Of a stretch of DNA of 64,000 bases, positions 63,562 to 64,000 are shown one piece after another (position 1 is the first letter of the stretch; each line of letters starts with the position of its first letter). This DNA comes from an uncultured Desulfosarcina sp. GTDB lineage: Bacteria > Desulfobacterota > Desulfobacteria > Desulfobacterales > Desulfosarcinaceae. The stretch covers positions 224,001 through 288,000 of the forward strand of contig CAXXWQ010000002.1 of NCBI GenBank assembly GCA_963674945.2. The letters run 5' to 3'. The notes beneath the pieces were generated by a model, which saw only the letters and a program-made list of their open reading frames with translations, did not search any database and was not told the origin of the DNA. Both the position numbers and the translations under genes were made by a program.

Positions 63562-64000
63562 GTGAAAAAGCAAATACCGTTAGTAACATTGCTGATAGTT
63601 AGCATCGTTCTTTGTAGTCCACTGGGGGCCTTAACTGGTGAAAACCCTGCGCCTTATCAAGTAAAGGTTACAAGCCGCGAAGTGGCAAACCGGATTGTTG
63701 AATCCTGTGTCCGAGGCCATAAGGTGTTGGCCGATCAGCCTAAAAATTTTGGTGCCGATGATTTGGCTCCCACCCCGCCGGAATACTTGGCCGTAGCCTA
63801 TAGCACCTGTGTTGTATCCACCCTTCGGTTTGTGGCTATACTGGACAAACTGGACATCAAAAATATTGAAGTCCAAGTGGAAGGAGAGGTTGACTTCTCA
63901 AAAGCAATGGGGCTTGCTACGACGAAAAGGGCTGGGTTTTCTGGCTTGAAGGTCATGATCAGCTTTAAATCGACCATGACGAAAAGCGAACAGCAAGCAT
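63562..64000 (+). CDS. OsmC/Ohr-family protein with signal peptide, runs off the window's right edge
   Basis: Not in the ORF track. GTG 63562 after AAGGAG; DQPKNFGADDLAPTPPEYLAVAYSTC; VEGEVD..GL...RAGF. Confidence 0.85.
   Translation, partial: MKKQIPLVTLLIVSIVLCSPLGALTGENPAPYQVKVTSREVANRIVESCVRGHKVLADQPKNFGADDLAPTPPEYLAVAYSTCVVSTLRFVAILDKLDIKNIEVQVEGEVDFSKAMGLATTKRAGFSGLKVMISFKSTMTKSEQQA

Overview
GC-rich bacterial chromosomal segment. Gene content (selenocysteine FdhAB-FdhE, a sigma-54 activator, TrpB2, a CGGC protein) suggests a sulfate-reducing Desulfobacterota genome; that assignment is inference. 1-13.4 kb is a minus-strand housekeeping block (trmO, rpiB, glyA, dCMP deaminase, nrdR, ribD/E/BA/H, nusB, an MBL hydrolase, ispG, proS, 5' part of relA/spoT). 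13.7-34.5 kb is mixed: DUF533 and GYF_2-AIM24 genes, an NhaD antiporter with an inserted PAS domain, a decayed kinase, a candidate four-way-junction leader RNA, an exported redoxin pair, Sec formate dehydrogenase, TrpB2, groES-groEL, a sigma-54 activator and a DksA paralogue. 34.7-41.8 kb is a tightly coupled uncharacterised operon (PLP enzyme, DUF1611, PP-loop/creatininase fusion, enolase-superfamily epimerase, MFS). 41.9-61.2 kb is an accessory envelope island (TPR regulator, vWA-OmpA, two DUF1254/1214 proteins, arylsulfatase, four outer-membrane barrels, GGDEF) with several gene remnants. The window ends in an AT-richer LysR/OsmC pair. Four families of short non-coding repeat elements are present. 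No rRNA, tRNA, CRISPR array or intact transposase was seen. Family assignments come from motif recognition, not database searches.
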